Shown here in pieces: positions 41,594 to 54,260 of a DNA stretch of 64,000 bases (position 1 is its first letter; every line of letters begins with the position of its first letter). The DNA lies in NCBI RefSeq assembly GCF_006345805.1, contig NC_043007.1, forward strand, positions 68,324,001 through 68,388,000, read 5' to 3'. A program made the translations under genes and the position numbers. The stretch is from Octopus sinensis. Taxonomy: Eukaryota. Below the pieces are notes generated by a model that did no database searches, had not been told where the DNA came from, and saw only the letters and a list, made by a program, of their open reading frames with translations.

Positions 41594-41840
41594 GGAACAA
41601 ACTGCCGGCATCAGTTGTTAGTTGTCGGAGCACTGCATCCTTCAAAACTTCCGTGCTTCCTGAGATTCGCCAAAACTACACCTGATTTTCTCCACTCCAT
41701 ACACACACAAGCATGTATCTGACTTATACACTGTTCACTTTCCAGACATTTGTACATTACTGCATATACTTTATACGCACTTTTGACAAGCTGTGGTGGT
41801 GCACATGAGCACTGTATACAATAAATTCATTATATTATAT
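41594..41840 (+). mobile_element. CR1-like LINE 3' end (heavily 5'-truncated)
   Basis: NKLPASVVSCRSTASFKTSVLPEIRQNYT* followed by a 3' UTR ending in aataaa and an (att)-like tail. Confidence 0.7.
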
Positions 41841-43120
41841 AAATATCACAACGCATTTTTCCGACTCTCTAACACGTTTGCTATCCATAGCTATGATTCT
41901 GCAAGAATATTAACGTCTTGAGTAAGCGAATATGACAACTTCCTTCTACTGTTACCAGGTTAGTATGCAAGTACAAAAGCAACGATTGATCTTCTCATAT
42001 ACATGGTACTGTCACTTCTTTTGCCTTGATTTTCAAATGCATTTAGAAACTCAATTGGTCAATGGAATATATGTTACTGAATTGACCAACAAATACCTGT
42101 GCAATTATAATCTTTTCTTGAATACATTAGCAGTGAAACCCATGTAAAATTTCGACTGTGGAATACCATTCACTTCTACATTGCCATAGAATACTAATGT
42201 AATGGCAAGGCAATTTCGATTAGGCACGCTGTCATCAAGAGTTTCTTAATTTACACCGGGTTCCTATCAATCTAATTAACAGGGCTGTGAAATGCTTGTG
42301 ACTAAACTAAGGAGCTTTCATAGAATTTGCATTACAGGCCATAATACTGATGTGCCCTTGGCAAGTAAAGAGAAACTAAGTGACTTTCTGACTATAATTT
42401 GTAGAACTTACAACTGGGAAACTAAATTACATCAACGTCTTTTTCTATTTCAGTTATTATATAAAAGTCTATGTTTATAATCTAGCTGAAAATCCGTTAC
42501 AGCTAAATACTTTGCTACAAACCTTCAAAACTTTTGACATAACATCTAGATTTAATAACAACGATAACAAACTCTTGAAACACACAGATTATTCTCATTT
42601 AAATTTTTTTATCAAAAGTTTTATTCACATTTTATTACGAGTCTATTGCAGTACGTTTGGAACACTACAGATTTTAAATCTGTCAGGAACGGTTCTAGAT
42701 TCTGGCAGACTATTCCGCATAATCTAAAGTATTATTGAAATAAGCAGCTGTCTCTTTTATTGGATGTAAATACGAAACGCGGTTAGAATTTGCTTAGACT
42801 TTTATCACCAGAATTTGAACCACAAAGGATTCGAGCGAAATACGAAGTAACTCAATACAGAATCAAAAGCAAAAAATGTTTCTGTTTTCCCAATATCTAT
42901 AGGAAATGTTGCTTCTCATTCATATTTCATATATATATATATATGTGTATGTATGTATGAATGAATGTATATATATATATATATATGTATGCATGAACGT
43001 ATATATATGTATGTATGCATGTATGTATATATGCATATAATGGATATGCATATGTATGTATTTATGTATGTATCCATGCACACACGCACCACACACACAC
43101 ACACATACACACACACACAT

Positions 43121-43184
<64 letters not shown>

Positions 43185-43570
43185 ACATTCACATGTACTA
43201 AAACATATTGGCACCAACTTGAAAAAAAGAAGAAACAAAAGCCTTGTGAATTAAGTTTTTCAGCGGAATAAAACCAAACTGAATATTTGTTTCATGAAAA
43301 ATAAGATATGTATAACGTTACAAAGATATTGAGTAAAAACAGATTAATTCTGAAGAGATTGTTTAAATAGGAAAGTATGATTTACACACTAGTTCTTGAA
43401 AACATATTTTCTTTCGAACAAATAGTCGGTTTAAGAAGAAATAATATAAAATTATTTTATTTACAGTCGACCTAGCTGAAAATAACCATATATGTATGTA
43501 CTTACTTTTATAAGACTATGTATATAACTTGCATCTGTGAACGTTTGTACCTCCATCAACACGCACGTAT

Positions 43571-43616
<46 letters not shown>

Positions 43617-43835
43617 GCTAGCACAAAATTTTCATGCATATAGATTCATGCATGCGTCTATACAAAGATACCTATATATATATATATATATATGCAAGTA
43701 TATATACAAGTGTATCTGTATGTCGATGTATATGTATATAATAGTAGTAAATATACACATTTAGATGCAATTACATACATATACATATGTATATATATAT
43801 TTACATATATTATATTTACATACATAAATATATGC

Positions 43836-43918
<83 letters not shown>

Positions 43919-44116
43919 TGTAACACAGATGCACACTCACACTCGCACACTTTCAAACAAATATCTAATTAGATATATTATCGAATATATAAACTTAATT
44001 AATTTTTTCCCGTCTCCTCATTTATTTGTTGTTTATTTTCATTTAAATATTAAAGCAACACATAAAGAAAACAAAAACAAATTACCTCATGAGAAGCAAG
44101 AAATGGCATAACTATG

Positions 44117-44420
44117 CATTGCAGCCAGGTGGCTTCGGTTTCAGTTGTACTGCATGGCACCTAGGACAAGTGTCTCCTGTAATCCTTGGCCTAATAATAC
44201 TTTTTGTGTGAATTTGGTAGACGGAAACAGTGTGGAAGACAATTGTGTGTGTGTGTGTGTTTGTCTTTCTGTTTGCGTTTGTGCTCCACAGCTTGATAAC
44301 CCATCTTGATTTGTTTACATGACCTTAAAATAACGGTTGTACAAGAAGGACGACTAAAAATGTATCCATATTTAAAAATAAGTACCGGTCCCGATGTGAT
44401 CGATTAAACCTATAATGGTA
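44117..44420 (+). mobile_element. Decayed family B SINE
   Basis: ggcacctaggacaagtgtc...gaatttggtagacggaaac followed by a short (TG)n. Confidence 0.7.
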
Positions 44421-46871
44421 ATACCCCAGCAAGTTCAATGATTTCCTCATTTGTTATTTTTCTTTGTTTCAGTCAGTCGACTAAGGCCATACTGGAGTAT
44501 CGCCTTGAAATTGAAGCAAATCATTTGCACATACATTCGAGAGGAGTTTATATAGAAAAAAATTTATTACGTTTTCCAGATTATCAATATATTGTCACTG
44601 TGTGAAATTGAACCATTTAGCAATAATTTGTCAAATATATTATCTTGAAATTATTTTTTATTGATCATGTGTATTTATCGTTATTCATAAATTTGGTATG
44701 TTCAATAATGTTATTATTTATTATATAACACCCTGTTTCCAGCTTACAAAACGGTTTATTTTCTATGTTTGTATTTGTTTGAAGGATTTTATTATTAACT
44801 CGAATATTCGACTAACATACTTGTATTAAATATTGATTTCTTTTTATTTACATTTAATGCATTTTTATTTTCAAAAGTCACTAGATTATCATTAATTAAC
44901 TTACACCAGGTGTTGAAAATTAAAGGTTGTACTCTCGCCTTAAGATGTTATGTACCATGTTAATTTATCTAATTGCTGTAATCTATCTATGTATCTACCT
45001 ATCTATCACTCATTTTTCTTTTATCTATCTATTAATCTAAATGCAATAAAACAAATCTGTCGAATGTGAGCTAATGTTACATTATCTACATTCTGTTGTA
45101 TAATTTAAAAATACAAAATTACAGTAGACTTGCTATACGACAGCCACAAAAAACTACACAATTATTTTATTACAAATTTTTAGTAATGCATGTCTGTCTA
45201 CACTATGCATACATCAAGAGTTTCGTTAGAGAATTAGATATTAAGTACTCAAGTCTGAAATATGCTCATGCATCTGGTTTATAGAGAGGTGTTATTTCTC
45301 TTGAACTTTCAAAATTAAAGCAAATGCATTAGTTACTGTGTGCAAAAAAACCCAAAAAACAAAAAAAAAATTCCAAATGCATATTCAACTGATTTTACTG
45401 ATGTCACCCACTTACAGGTTCGAGTTTGTGGATTGTGACAATACCGAAATATAGCATTTAGATTTATGCCAGTTTATGTGAGATCTCTAGCATTCAGTTA
45501 CATTTTACAGAACTCCAGCTGGAAAATATTATATTAATATTTGTGGTTTAACTACAGCTAGCAACGAGGCAAATGAGTATCTTCGTATCGTGAATTGTGA
45601 ACTATGATATATGTACGCTTAAATTAAGCAGAAATGGAAAGACGTTTTGCGAAGTTCATTATAGGGAATTCTTCGCTTAAGGCAGTTCATAGATTTCTGT
45701 GGCTTCAAAATTTTTCTACTAAGTGGAGGTCTGGGCATGGCTATTTTTAGTGGAATACTACCAGTAGTCGATTTATGCAAGTCTTCCCTTCACACACCAC
45801 CGATCACGTCCAAACAAAATCAAAGCTAATACAGCTTTGCACTGGTGTCGTTGAAGGTGTTGCTACCAAATCTCAAAATGCTGGAACATATACTCCACAA
45901 GACGTCTAGTCTCATTCTGTAACACTTCTGTCTTTACACTACTTTGAACCTTTGCTTTTTATCGAACCCGAAAGGATGTAAGATGAAGTCGTTCATTCGC
46001 AATGACTCGGAACAAGTATCTCCGGATTATTCGATCCGTCATTGTAACGATTCTGGTAACTGCCATAATACTGAAGAATAAGGTATTAAATAAATCTCAG
46101 AATTAATAAGCGTAATAACATTGTTAAACAAATACAGCGAGTTACTCCGATGATCGACTAACAAGTGTTACAAAATATATGTACACCTGTGAGACGTAGA
46201 GGAAGAATTTACCTGGTCTCTTAGCTTACTATAGATAAAACATCTCTTTCAAATGATGATCTGAAAAAAGCAAGATACATTGTATGATATGATCATACAC
46301 TCTCCCTTGAGCAGAAATAGCCTGAACTCTTTGCATGAACACCACCCTGTACATGTCCCCCTACATAGCCTTGCTCTTTGCTTTTTGAGCCAAAAAAATT
46401 AACTGAACTTAACTTAACTTACACATGTTATGCCCCCTACGAAAAAAAAAGTGAAATGGATTATACAGAAATGTTTTCATGAAAAGTCTATTAGAGTTGG
46501 CTGTGGAGTAGCCAACAACCTCAAGTGTAACTCACATAAACTCCAATACAAATTTCACAACAGTTTATAAATAATCATTTACTGCTTTAAATTTGAAACA
46601 CAAGTGACTTGTACTTTCTTCAGCAATTCACTATTCTCATCATGTACATTCAACTCCTAAACAGACGGAACGCTAAAATCGCCACAGGAAAATTGAGCAA
46701 CAAAGGAAAATAACTGGAATGTGTGTATATTTTAATCTCTAGAATATAAATTCGAGAGAATGATTCCAAAATTCTATTACCTTCTTGTGAATAAACTTGT
46801 AATTTTCATTTCTGCATCATTGCATCACTTATGTATGTATGTATGTATGTATGTATGTATGTATGTATGTA

Positions 46872-46913
<42 letters not shown>

Positions 46914-46949
46914 CATACATATTCATGCATATATATATATATATATGTA

Positions 46950-47055
<106 letters not shown>

Positions 47056-48049
47056 AATTATAACACAAAAATGAAAAATACGACGGATGGGTATATGAAC
47101 AAGCAGGCAATAGAGTTTTGATGCATTTTGTGTATATGTATGGTGTGTATATTACTTTATAAATTCATTAAATGGAATCTGTTTGTCATTCAATATACAT
47201 ATGTCGGTTATTCTAAAGTATTATAAATGTATTTAAAATAAGTCAAGTGGAAAAATTTGAAATCCAAGTATTACGTATTACATAATGTGCGATATTAAAG
47301 TAATGCTTGACAAGGTTTTCACAGTAAGCGGAATTTAAAGAAAAAATGTGCCATTTATATAACCGAAAAGAACAACATTTTTTTGAGAAACTTTTATTCA
47401 AAGATAAATAACATACGTGTTTAGATACTGCAGAACTGAGATAAAATATTTTATTTCACACATTTCGTTGAAGAAAAGCATGTATATGTATGATTTCGTT
47501 TTAGATACTGTGTTTATTTCTGATATTTTGGAGAGAGAATTTCAAAGAAATTTTACAGTTTCATATATTTTTTCATATATTTTGGTTATTTCTTTTGAAT
47601 TTTATTATTTGAATTTTTAGTTTGAGGTGTGTATTTTCATGGATGCTGTGTACTCGCGTAAATAATTCGTCACTGAATGAATGTGTGCGTGCTGAGATCA
47701 TTGGAATGTAAATCCTACAACAAACTTTGGAGGAAAATATTTCCGTGTGATAGACAACGAGGTTATAATATTATCGTAACTTAAAGATGTATTGTGACAA
47801 CCCTGATGTGGAAATTTTTAAATATATAAATGTTATAATCTGACTTGATACCAGTTGCTTCTCTGATTATACCTTAACGGGATCGACTCAACTGTCTTTA
47901 CCGATCCCATTAAAAGTACCTATCCGAGTGTTAATGTGAGAATTGAACATTATATGTGTAACTCCCTTGAACTCCAATACAAATTTCATAGCGGTGCCAA
48001 ATGGTCGCCCGACGGACTGGTCGGCCAAGGTGGTGAAGGTGGTATATAT

Positions 48050-48119
<70 letters not shown>

Positions 48120-48325
48120 AGATATAATGGTGTCATTGAGACCCAAAGGTGTCAGGTAATGCTGAATAGGTGCTATAGACAGACCATAGTTAAGTTCCAG
48201 ATTCGGTAATATTGCGAATAAAGGGGTCAACGTTAGTTCTATGTCAGCGTGTGTATATAAGAATGTTTGCACAATGAGATAAAAAACCAAGGCTGTATAG
48301 ATATTAGAGCATTTATAGATAGAAG

Positions 48326-48377
48326 GTCTTACAGCTGTTTCTAGGACATTAATTAATAATATCCCTTCATCGGAGAC
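48326..48377 (-). ncRNA. Minimal type I hammerhead ribozyme motif (U4C variant)
   Basis: gtct-CCGATGA-a-gggatattattaattaatgtcct-a-GAAAC-agct-GTA-agac. Stem I is gtct/agac and stem III is the palindrome acagctgt. Confidence 0.7.
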
Positions 48378-48687
48378 GGTATGAGAGGAAAAATTAAGTC
48401 ATAGTTAGTTTCAATGCGATACAAATAGAGAGTGAGGTGGAGGAAAGAAAATAGATGTAAGATATGTATGTGTATTGAATTTGTAGATCTATTTTATAGG
48501 CATAATGGTATGCATGTGTAATATTACTCAAAGGATATAGTAATATTGTGCATGTATTCCATTATGCCTATAAAACGGATGTACAAATTCAATACATACA
48601 TATCTTACATCTATTTTCTTTTCTCCACCTCAGTCTCTATTTGTATGACATCGAAACTTACTATGACTTAATGTTTCTTCTAAAACC

Positions 48688-48739
48688 GTCTCCGATGAAG
48701 GGATATTATTAATTAATATCCTAGAAACAGCTGTAAGAC
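48688..48739 (+). ncRNA. Minimal type I hammerhead ribozyme motif (U4C variant)
   Basis: gtct-CCGATGA-a-gggatattattaattaatatcct-a-GAAAC-agct-GTA-agac. Predicted cleavage after A48735. Confidence 0.7.
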
Positions 48740-48803
48740 ATTCTATCTATAAATGCTCTAATATCTATACAGCCTTGGTTATTTATCTCATTACGCACAA
48801 ATT

Positions 48804-48861
<58 letters not shown>

Positions 48862-48869
48862 ACTTATAA

Positions 48870-49260
48870 ACAAGGGCAAAAGAAAGAAATTCCTAATGCC
48901 AAATATGCCGAAACTAGACACAACGTCCATAACCATAATCAGTATAAGCACGTGCCTCGAAGAAAACCGACAGAAATTTCTTTAAAAATCCGTTATTACC
49001 ATATCGGACCCGATTTCAGAGTTAGTTTTAAGAACCTTCTCTTCGTCAGTGATAAATGCGGCAAAGGAATAAATGAAATACTTATTTATACCCATGGAAG
49101 AAGCAAACACTAAGTCATGAGCATAATTAAGTACCCCAAATATATCCAAAATAGAAATTCTCCAGCCCATTCGAGACACGTCCGATTCGAACTGAAAACT
49201 CTCAAAGAGTGAGAGAGTCCGGAAGTGAACACTATTAAATTTACATCTAATATAGGATAA
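48870..49260 (-). mobile_element. Second Penelope-type pLTR-like fragment (different family)
   Basis: Contains a hammerhead (49001-49055) downstream of a gtataaataag TATA-like motif and is bounded by (TA)n tracts. Assignment is inferred. Confidence 0.45.
49001..49055 (-). ncRNA. Minimal type I hammerhead ribozyme motif
   Basis: tatca-CTGACGA-agag...ctct-GAAA-tcgg-GTC-cgata. The core is canonical and stem II is agag/ctct. Stem I has an A-C mismatch at the first pair, and stem III is weak. Confidence 0.65.
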
Positions 49261-49317
49261 AAAATTTTCGAAATTAATTTTATCATTAGATATATATTTA
49301 TATATATATATATATAT

Positions 49318-49361
<44 letters not shown>

Positions 49362-50166
49362 CACACACACACACACACACACACACAAACATACACGTAT
49401 GAATGCGTGGCTGCCGACATGATATTCTCTAAAGTCACATGTTAGAAAGTCACGTGTTAGAAACGGCTGCTCTCTATTTTTGTAAAACTTTTTATATAAA
49501 CCCCAAAGAACGTGTATAACATATACGGCGTTTCTATACAGTTTCTCTCTACCAATTTCAATTCATGTCTAAATGATCATCTCAAAATTATGTCAGAAGA
49601 CACTTGACCAATTTTTCGAGTAGCAGAATCGAACCGGGAACTACATGGTTGTAAAGCAAACTTCTTAATCACACGGCTATGCTTGAACTATTATTTAATA
49701 AATAATACCAATGCGATTGTTTGATTACGAAATAAGCCGGCGTTAATGCATGTCTTGTTGTGTCTACAATGTCTATCGACAATGGCGAATCATTTGTCAT
49801 ATGTTAGGTAAATACTTCGATAACTATTTATTTATCAAATCGATTTTGTACACTACTCATAAAATTTTAAACGGATTATGCATTACGACGTGTATTTTAT
49901 TCTTACTTTTCCACGTTGTTTTAATTCTTCCACTTACCAATTTCCAAAGCATATTCACTGAACAAATATTAAGTTAATGTTGCATATTATTTGATTAAAT
50001 GCATAACAAACTAACACAAACACACACACACACCTACCTAATTGTACTCGTTGCCCACATACACACACACATACACATATACATACATACATATATTTTT
50101 GCATATCTGTGTGCAAATCTGTCTATAAATATAGAACTTATATGTACATACATACAAGCATACACC

Positions 50167-50211
<45 letters not shown>

Positions 50212-50296
50212 TATAAGTTCATATATATACATATATGAACTTATGTATATATATATAAATATATATATATATTTATATATATTTATATATATTTAT

Positions 50297-50335
<39 letters not shown>

Positions 50336-50745
50336 TATATGTACATATATACACATGTATAATTTATATGTGTGTGTTTGTATGTGTGTATGTATGAATA
50401 CCACTCTGAGGTATTTGTCCATTGAAGAATTAATGTTTTTATAGTAGGACCGGAATTCACAAATGGAATTACTGTCTCCATATATAAATGTTTTGTCTGG
50501 AATTTCTATATGATATGAATCAAATTATTAGCTCATGTCACGTGACACAGCATCACACCCTAGCCTACGCTTACTTCAAATATTGATTCAAAGCTTCCGG
50601 AAGCATTGGGTATGTACATTGTCAATATATTAATTAGGGAAGCTGTTATATAGCTCCCTCTATGAAACAATGATCAGATAAAAAATCTATCTCTCGTCCC
50701 TTTACTTTTCCTCTTCTTCGCTCTCTCTCTCTCTATCTCTCTCTC

Positions 50746-50789
<44 letters not shown>

Positions 50790-50984
50790 AGCATGTATAA
50801 ATACACACATACACACACACACACATACATGTATGCATTATGTAAGTATTGTCGGTAATTTATTAAATAATATCCAAAAAATCCAACCACTACCAGTACT
50901 ACTACTACCATCCCAATTAATAAGAACAATATCTACTACTACTACTACTACTACTACTACTAACGATAATAATAATAATGCTTT

Positions 50985-51460
50985 CAAATTTGGTCTCAAA
51001 ATCAACAAATTTAGTGGTGGATGTAAGTTGATTACATCGACCCTACTATCTGGTTTACATTTTGCTTTATCGACCTTAAAAGATTGAAAGCAGAGTTGAA
51101 CGTAGTAGGATTCGATCTTAGAACGCTAATAGCCGGACGATCAGCCACTAATCCGATGCTCAAACGACCCTGCTATCTCGTTGGTTCATAACTATGGTAG
51201 TAATAGTTTCAAATTTTGGCTCAAGGCTCGTAGTTTTGAGAGGAGGGCTAAATCGATGATATCGAATCGAGTTTGTTTTATCGACTCCGAAATGAGGAAA
51301 GGCAAAATAGACTTCGTCAATATTTTGACGTAAAGATGAGTAAAGACGCCAAGTATTTTATCCGACTTGATACCGACCCCAGTACATGAGTGGTTTAGTA
51401 TTTTATCGATCATAAAGGGATGAAACGCAAATTTGACTTCAGCAAGATCTGAAATTATAA
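50985..51460 (-). mobile_element. Two to three decayed family A SINEs
   Basis: ttcaaatttggtctcaaa...catcgacc...tttatcgacc..aaag, repeated at about 51205 and about 51370. Confidence 0.65.
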
Positions 51461-51607
51461 TGGAAATATCGGAAGATATAACAAAAGATAATTTTTTATA
51501 TTCTAAAAGATTCAACCAGCACGCCACCTTATAAGGTTAATTGTTTCTTATTGGGGCCAAGCTCAAAAAACTTTGAGGGGTTCCTGAAGGCTCATATTCC
51601 CGGGTAA

Positions 51608-51653
51608 TTCTGGCTGACGTGATTCAACATGTCAAAACACCGGTATACCAGAA
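51608..51653 (+). ncRNA. Type I hammerhead, degenerate copy (A9U, G12A)
   Basis: ttctgg-CTGACGT-gat(tcaacat)gtc-AAAA-cac(cg)gta-TA-ccagaa. Stem I is a perfect 6 bp, and stem III appears to derive from the palindrome acaccggtgt. Confidence 0.7.
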
Positions 51654-51912
51654 TGCCGTGCAGCAACGAGCCAAGTGTGTTAAACACACAACTGTCGTTA
51701 AATTCAGGGGATATTCTTCTATATCGTACATGACAGCGGCCATGTTGAGTCTAAATCCATATGGTCGTATTAAATATGCACTCAATTCCCGGTCTCTCTG
51801 TATACGGTGCAAATAACGAAAATTTCAGTTATAAGCACCGATCAGCAAACAATTTGCTTACTGAAAGCATAAACAAAGACAGCAGCTGTGTTTAGGTTCA
51901 GACTCCGGGTGC

Positions 51913-51955
51913 TTCTGGCTGACGAGACAAGTAACGAAATATAAGTGTCCCAGAA
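51913..51955 (+). ncRNA. Type I hammerhead ribozyme with intact catalytic core
   Basis: ttctgg-CTGACGA-gacaagtaac-GAAA-tat(aa)gt-GTC-ccagaa. Stem I is 6 bp and extends via gggt/gccc and ggttca/tgagcc. Stem II is weak. Predicted cleavage after C51949. Confidence 0.8.
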
Positions 51956-52724
51956 TGCCCAGCGCCAATGAGCCGAGTGTGTCCAATACACTGTCATTGT
52001 AAAAAAGCAGTAGTTTTTCTCCTATAGCGACAGTGTCCAGCGTATTTTACGTCTAAACCTGCCTAGACGTGTCAATAATATATACTACACAACCCCACAC
52101 ACACACACACGCACACACACATATATGTGCTTATATCTGGCTAAATATATGTACGTATATATATATATATATATATATATGTGGGTGTGTGTGAGTGTGT
52201 GTATGTTTATATATATATGTGTGTGTGTATATATATATGTGTATGTGTATGTGTGTATATATGTAATATTACTGTCTTTCAAATTTAGTGTGTAGGTGCG
52301 TGGGATTCTTGAGCCAAACGTAAGTCTTTTCTACTTCACTCATTAAAGAGTTATCATGACAACGATTTACTTTAAGCGAAATACAAAACACAAACAGTGA
52401 AATTGACATATTCTTAAAGGATTTTGAGAACATATCTCTGTCGTCTTAAAAGAATTGATAAAATTTCCGTTATGTTAAGCCACATTTAAGAGAAATTAGA
52501 GATTTCCCGAGTTATATTTACAGTGCAAATTCTACAGCATTTATACTGTTATCTCAGCATTACAGTACGGTAGATTCACTTCTGTGTCATCCTAATTCTT
52601 CGAGATGGTTTTATCCCTACGTTTTAATACTGTGTTCTTGATCCTACACATTGAAAGATAGGAACAAACAATCGCAGCCATTTACAAATATCCAAACTTC
52701 CTCAACTATCTGCAACGTCTATTT

Positions 52725-52834
<110 letters not shown>

Positions 52835-52977
52835 GCATATATATATACACAAGATATTGTATTATAAGTTCAGTAAAAATTTAGATTTAGTTGAATATGG
52901 TACTTAAGTTAAAGGCACCAGAATTTGGTATGGTATTATCGATATAATTCAAAATGGGGTGATTATAGTCAAAATAA

Positions 52978-53239
52978 GCAACAAGGATATCCAAAGGTAA
53001 TGCAGTACGATCGTTTCATGCGACTGCATTTAATTACATCAGTTTTAAAATGTAGAGCAATCTTCAGCTGCATATTAACATAGAATTTTAGTTAAATTGT
53101 TTATATGCTTATATGTTTAATGTTTATATGCAGCTGAAAATTGCTCTACATTTTAAAACTGATGTAATACTTGCATTGTTTGATTAAATGAAGTCGCACG
53201 AAACGATCGTACTGCATTACCTTTGGATATCCTTGTTGC
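52978..53239. mobile_element. MITE (262 bp) with ~100-bp inverted arms
   Basis: gcaacaaggatatccaaaggtaatgcagtacgatcgtttc pairs perfectly (40 bp) with gaaacgatcgtactgcattacctttggatatccttgttgc. Inner arms are near-identical apart from a ~17-bp indel. Confidence 0.9.
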
Positions 53240-53659
53240 ATATATATGTATGCCATTAAATGTATATAATAATGTATATGCTTTATGCATTTTCTGCTGG
53301 CTGCATTGGCGTAGCGGAATTTATAACTCACATGTTTCGGGTATTGAAACAACTTACTGTCACGGACAGGCGAGATAACTCACTATCAATCCCATTTGAG
53401 AGTAATGGACATCGATGTTTCGTCATTTTTGTGGCTTTCCAACATCACGTACCCACCTGGGTCGCAGGCGAGTCATCTAGCCAGCCCAGCGACTTATGTG
53501 CGCATGACTTGTAAAATCATGAGCTGGTATGCCCGGAAATTGCATACCTAAGAGAAAATTCACATATGAAGTAATAAATATTAAATACAGGCGATTACAC
53601 AAAGCATATACATTAAAATATTTTTAACAATATTCTTCATACTAGAGCTGCTTTTACCT

Positions 53660-54260
53660 CTATATGTATGCATATGTCTGTGTGTGCGCGAGCGTGCAAG
53701 TGTACGTGTGTGTGTGTGTATATATGTATATATTATTATTATTATTTTATTATTATTATTATTATTATTATACATACATATATATATGTATATATGTAAT
53801 ATATATATATCTATATATATATATGTATATATGTAATATATATATATATATATATGTATATATGTAATATATATATTATATATATATTATGTATATATGT
53901 AATATATATATCTTTATATATATATATATATGTAATATATATATCTTTATATATATAATATATATATATATATAATATATATATTATATTATATATATTA
54001 TATATATTATATATATATATAGATATATATATATATAATATATATATTATATATATATATATATTACATATATACATATATATATATATATAGATATATA
54101 TATTACATATATACATATATATATATAGATATATATATTACATATATACATATATATATATATAGATATATATATTACATATATACATATATATATATAT
54201 GTATGTATGTATGTATAATAATAATAATATATATATATATGTATGTATATATATATAAGT
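53660..54260. repeat. (TA)n field with higher-order ~38-bp units
   Basis: The unit atatagatatatatattacatatatacatat recurs in 54030-54190. Confidence 0.85.

Larger units (their letters stand above)
47890..48810. mobile_element. Penelope-type pseudo-LTR with inverted partial duplicate (palindrome 48255-48810)
   Basis: Arms 48255-48528 and 48539-48810 are about 90% complementary around a 10-nt loop (caaaggatat). Each arm carries a minimal hammerhead. The minus-strand copy appears to continue to about 47890. Confidence 0.7.
51530..52080 (+). mobile_element. Retrozyme-like tandem unit (~302-305 nt period) bounded by type I hammerheads
   Basis: Two diverged direct repeats, each with ttctgg-CTGACG(A/T)-stem II-(G/A)AAA-stem III-NTH-ccagaatgcc. 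Homology extends about 100 nt downstream and weakly upstream. No ORF homology. Confidence 0.65.
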
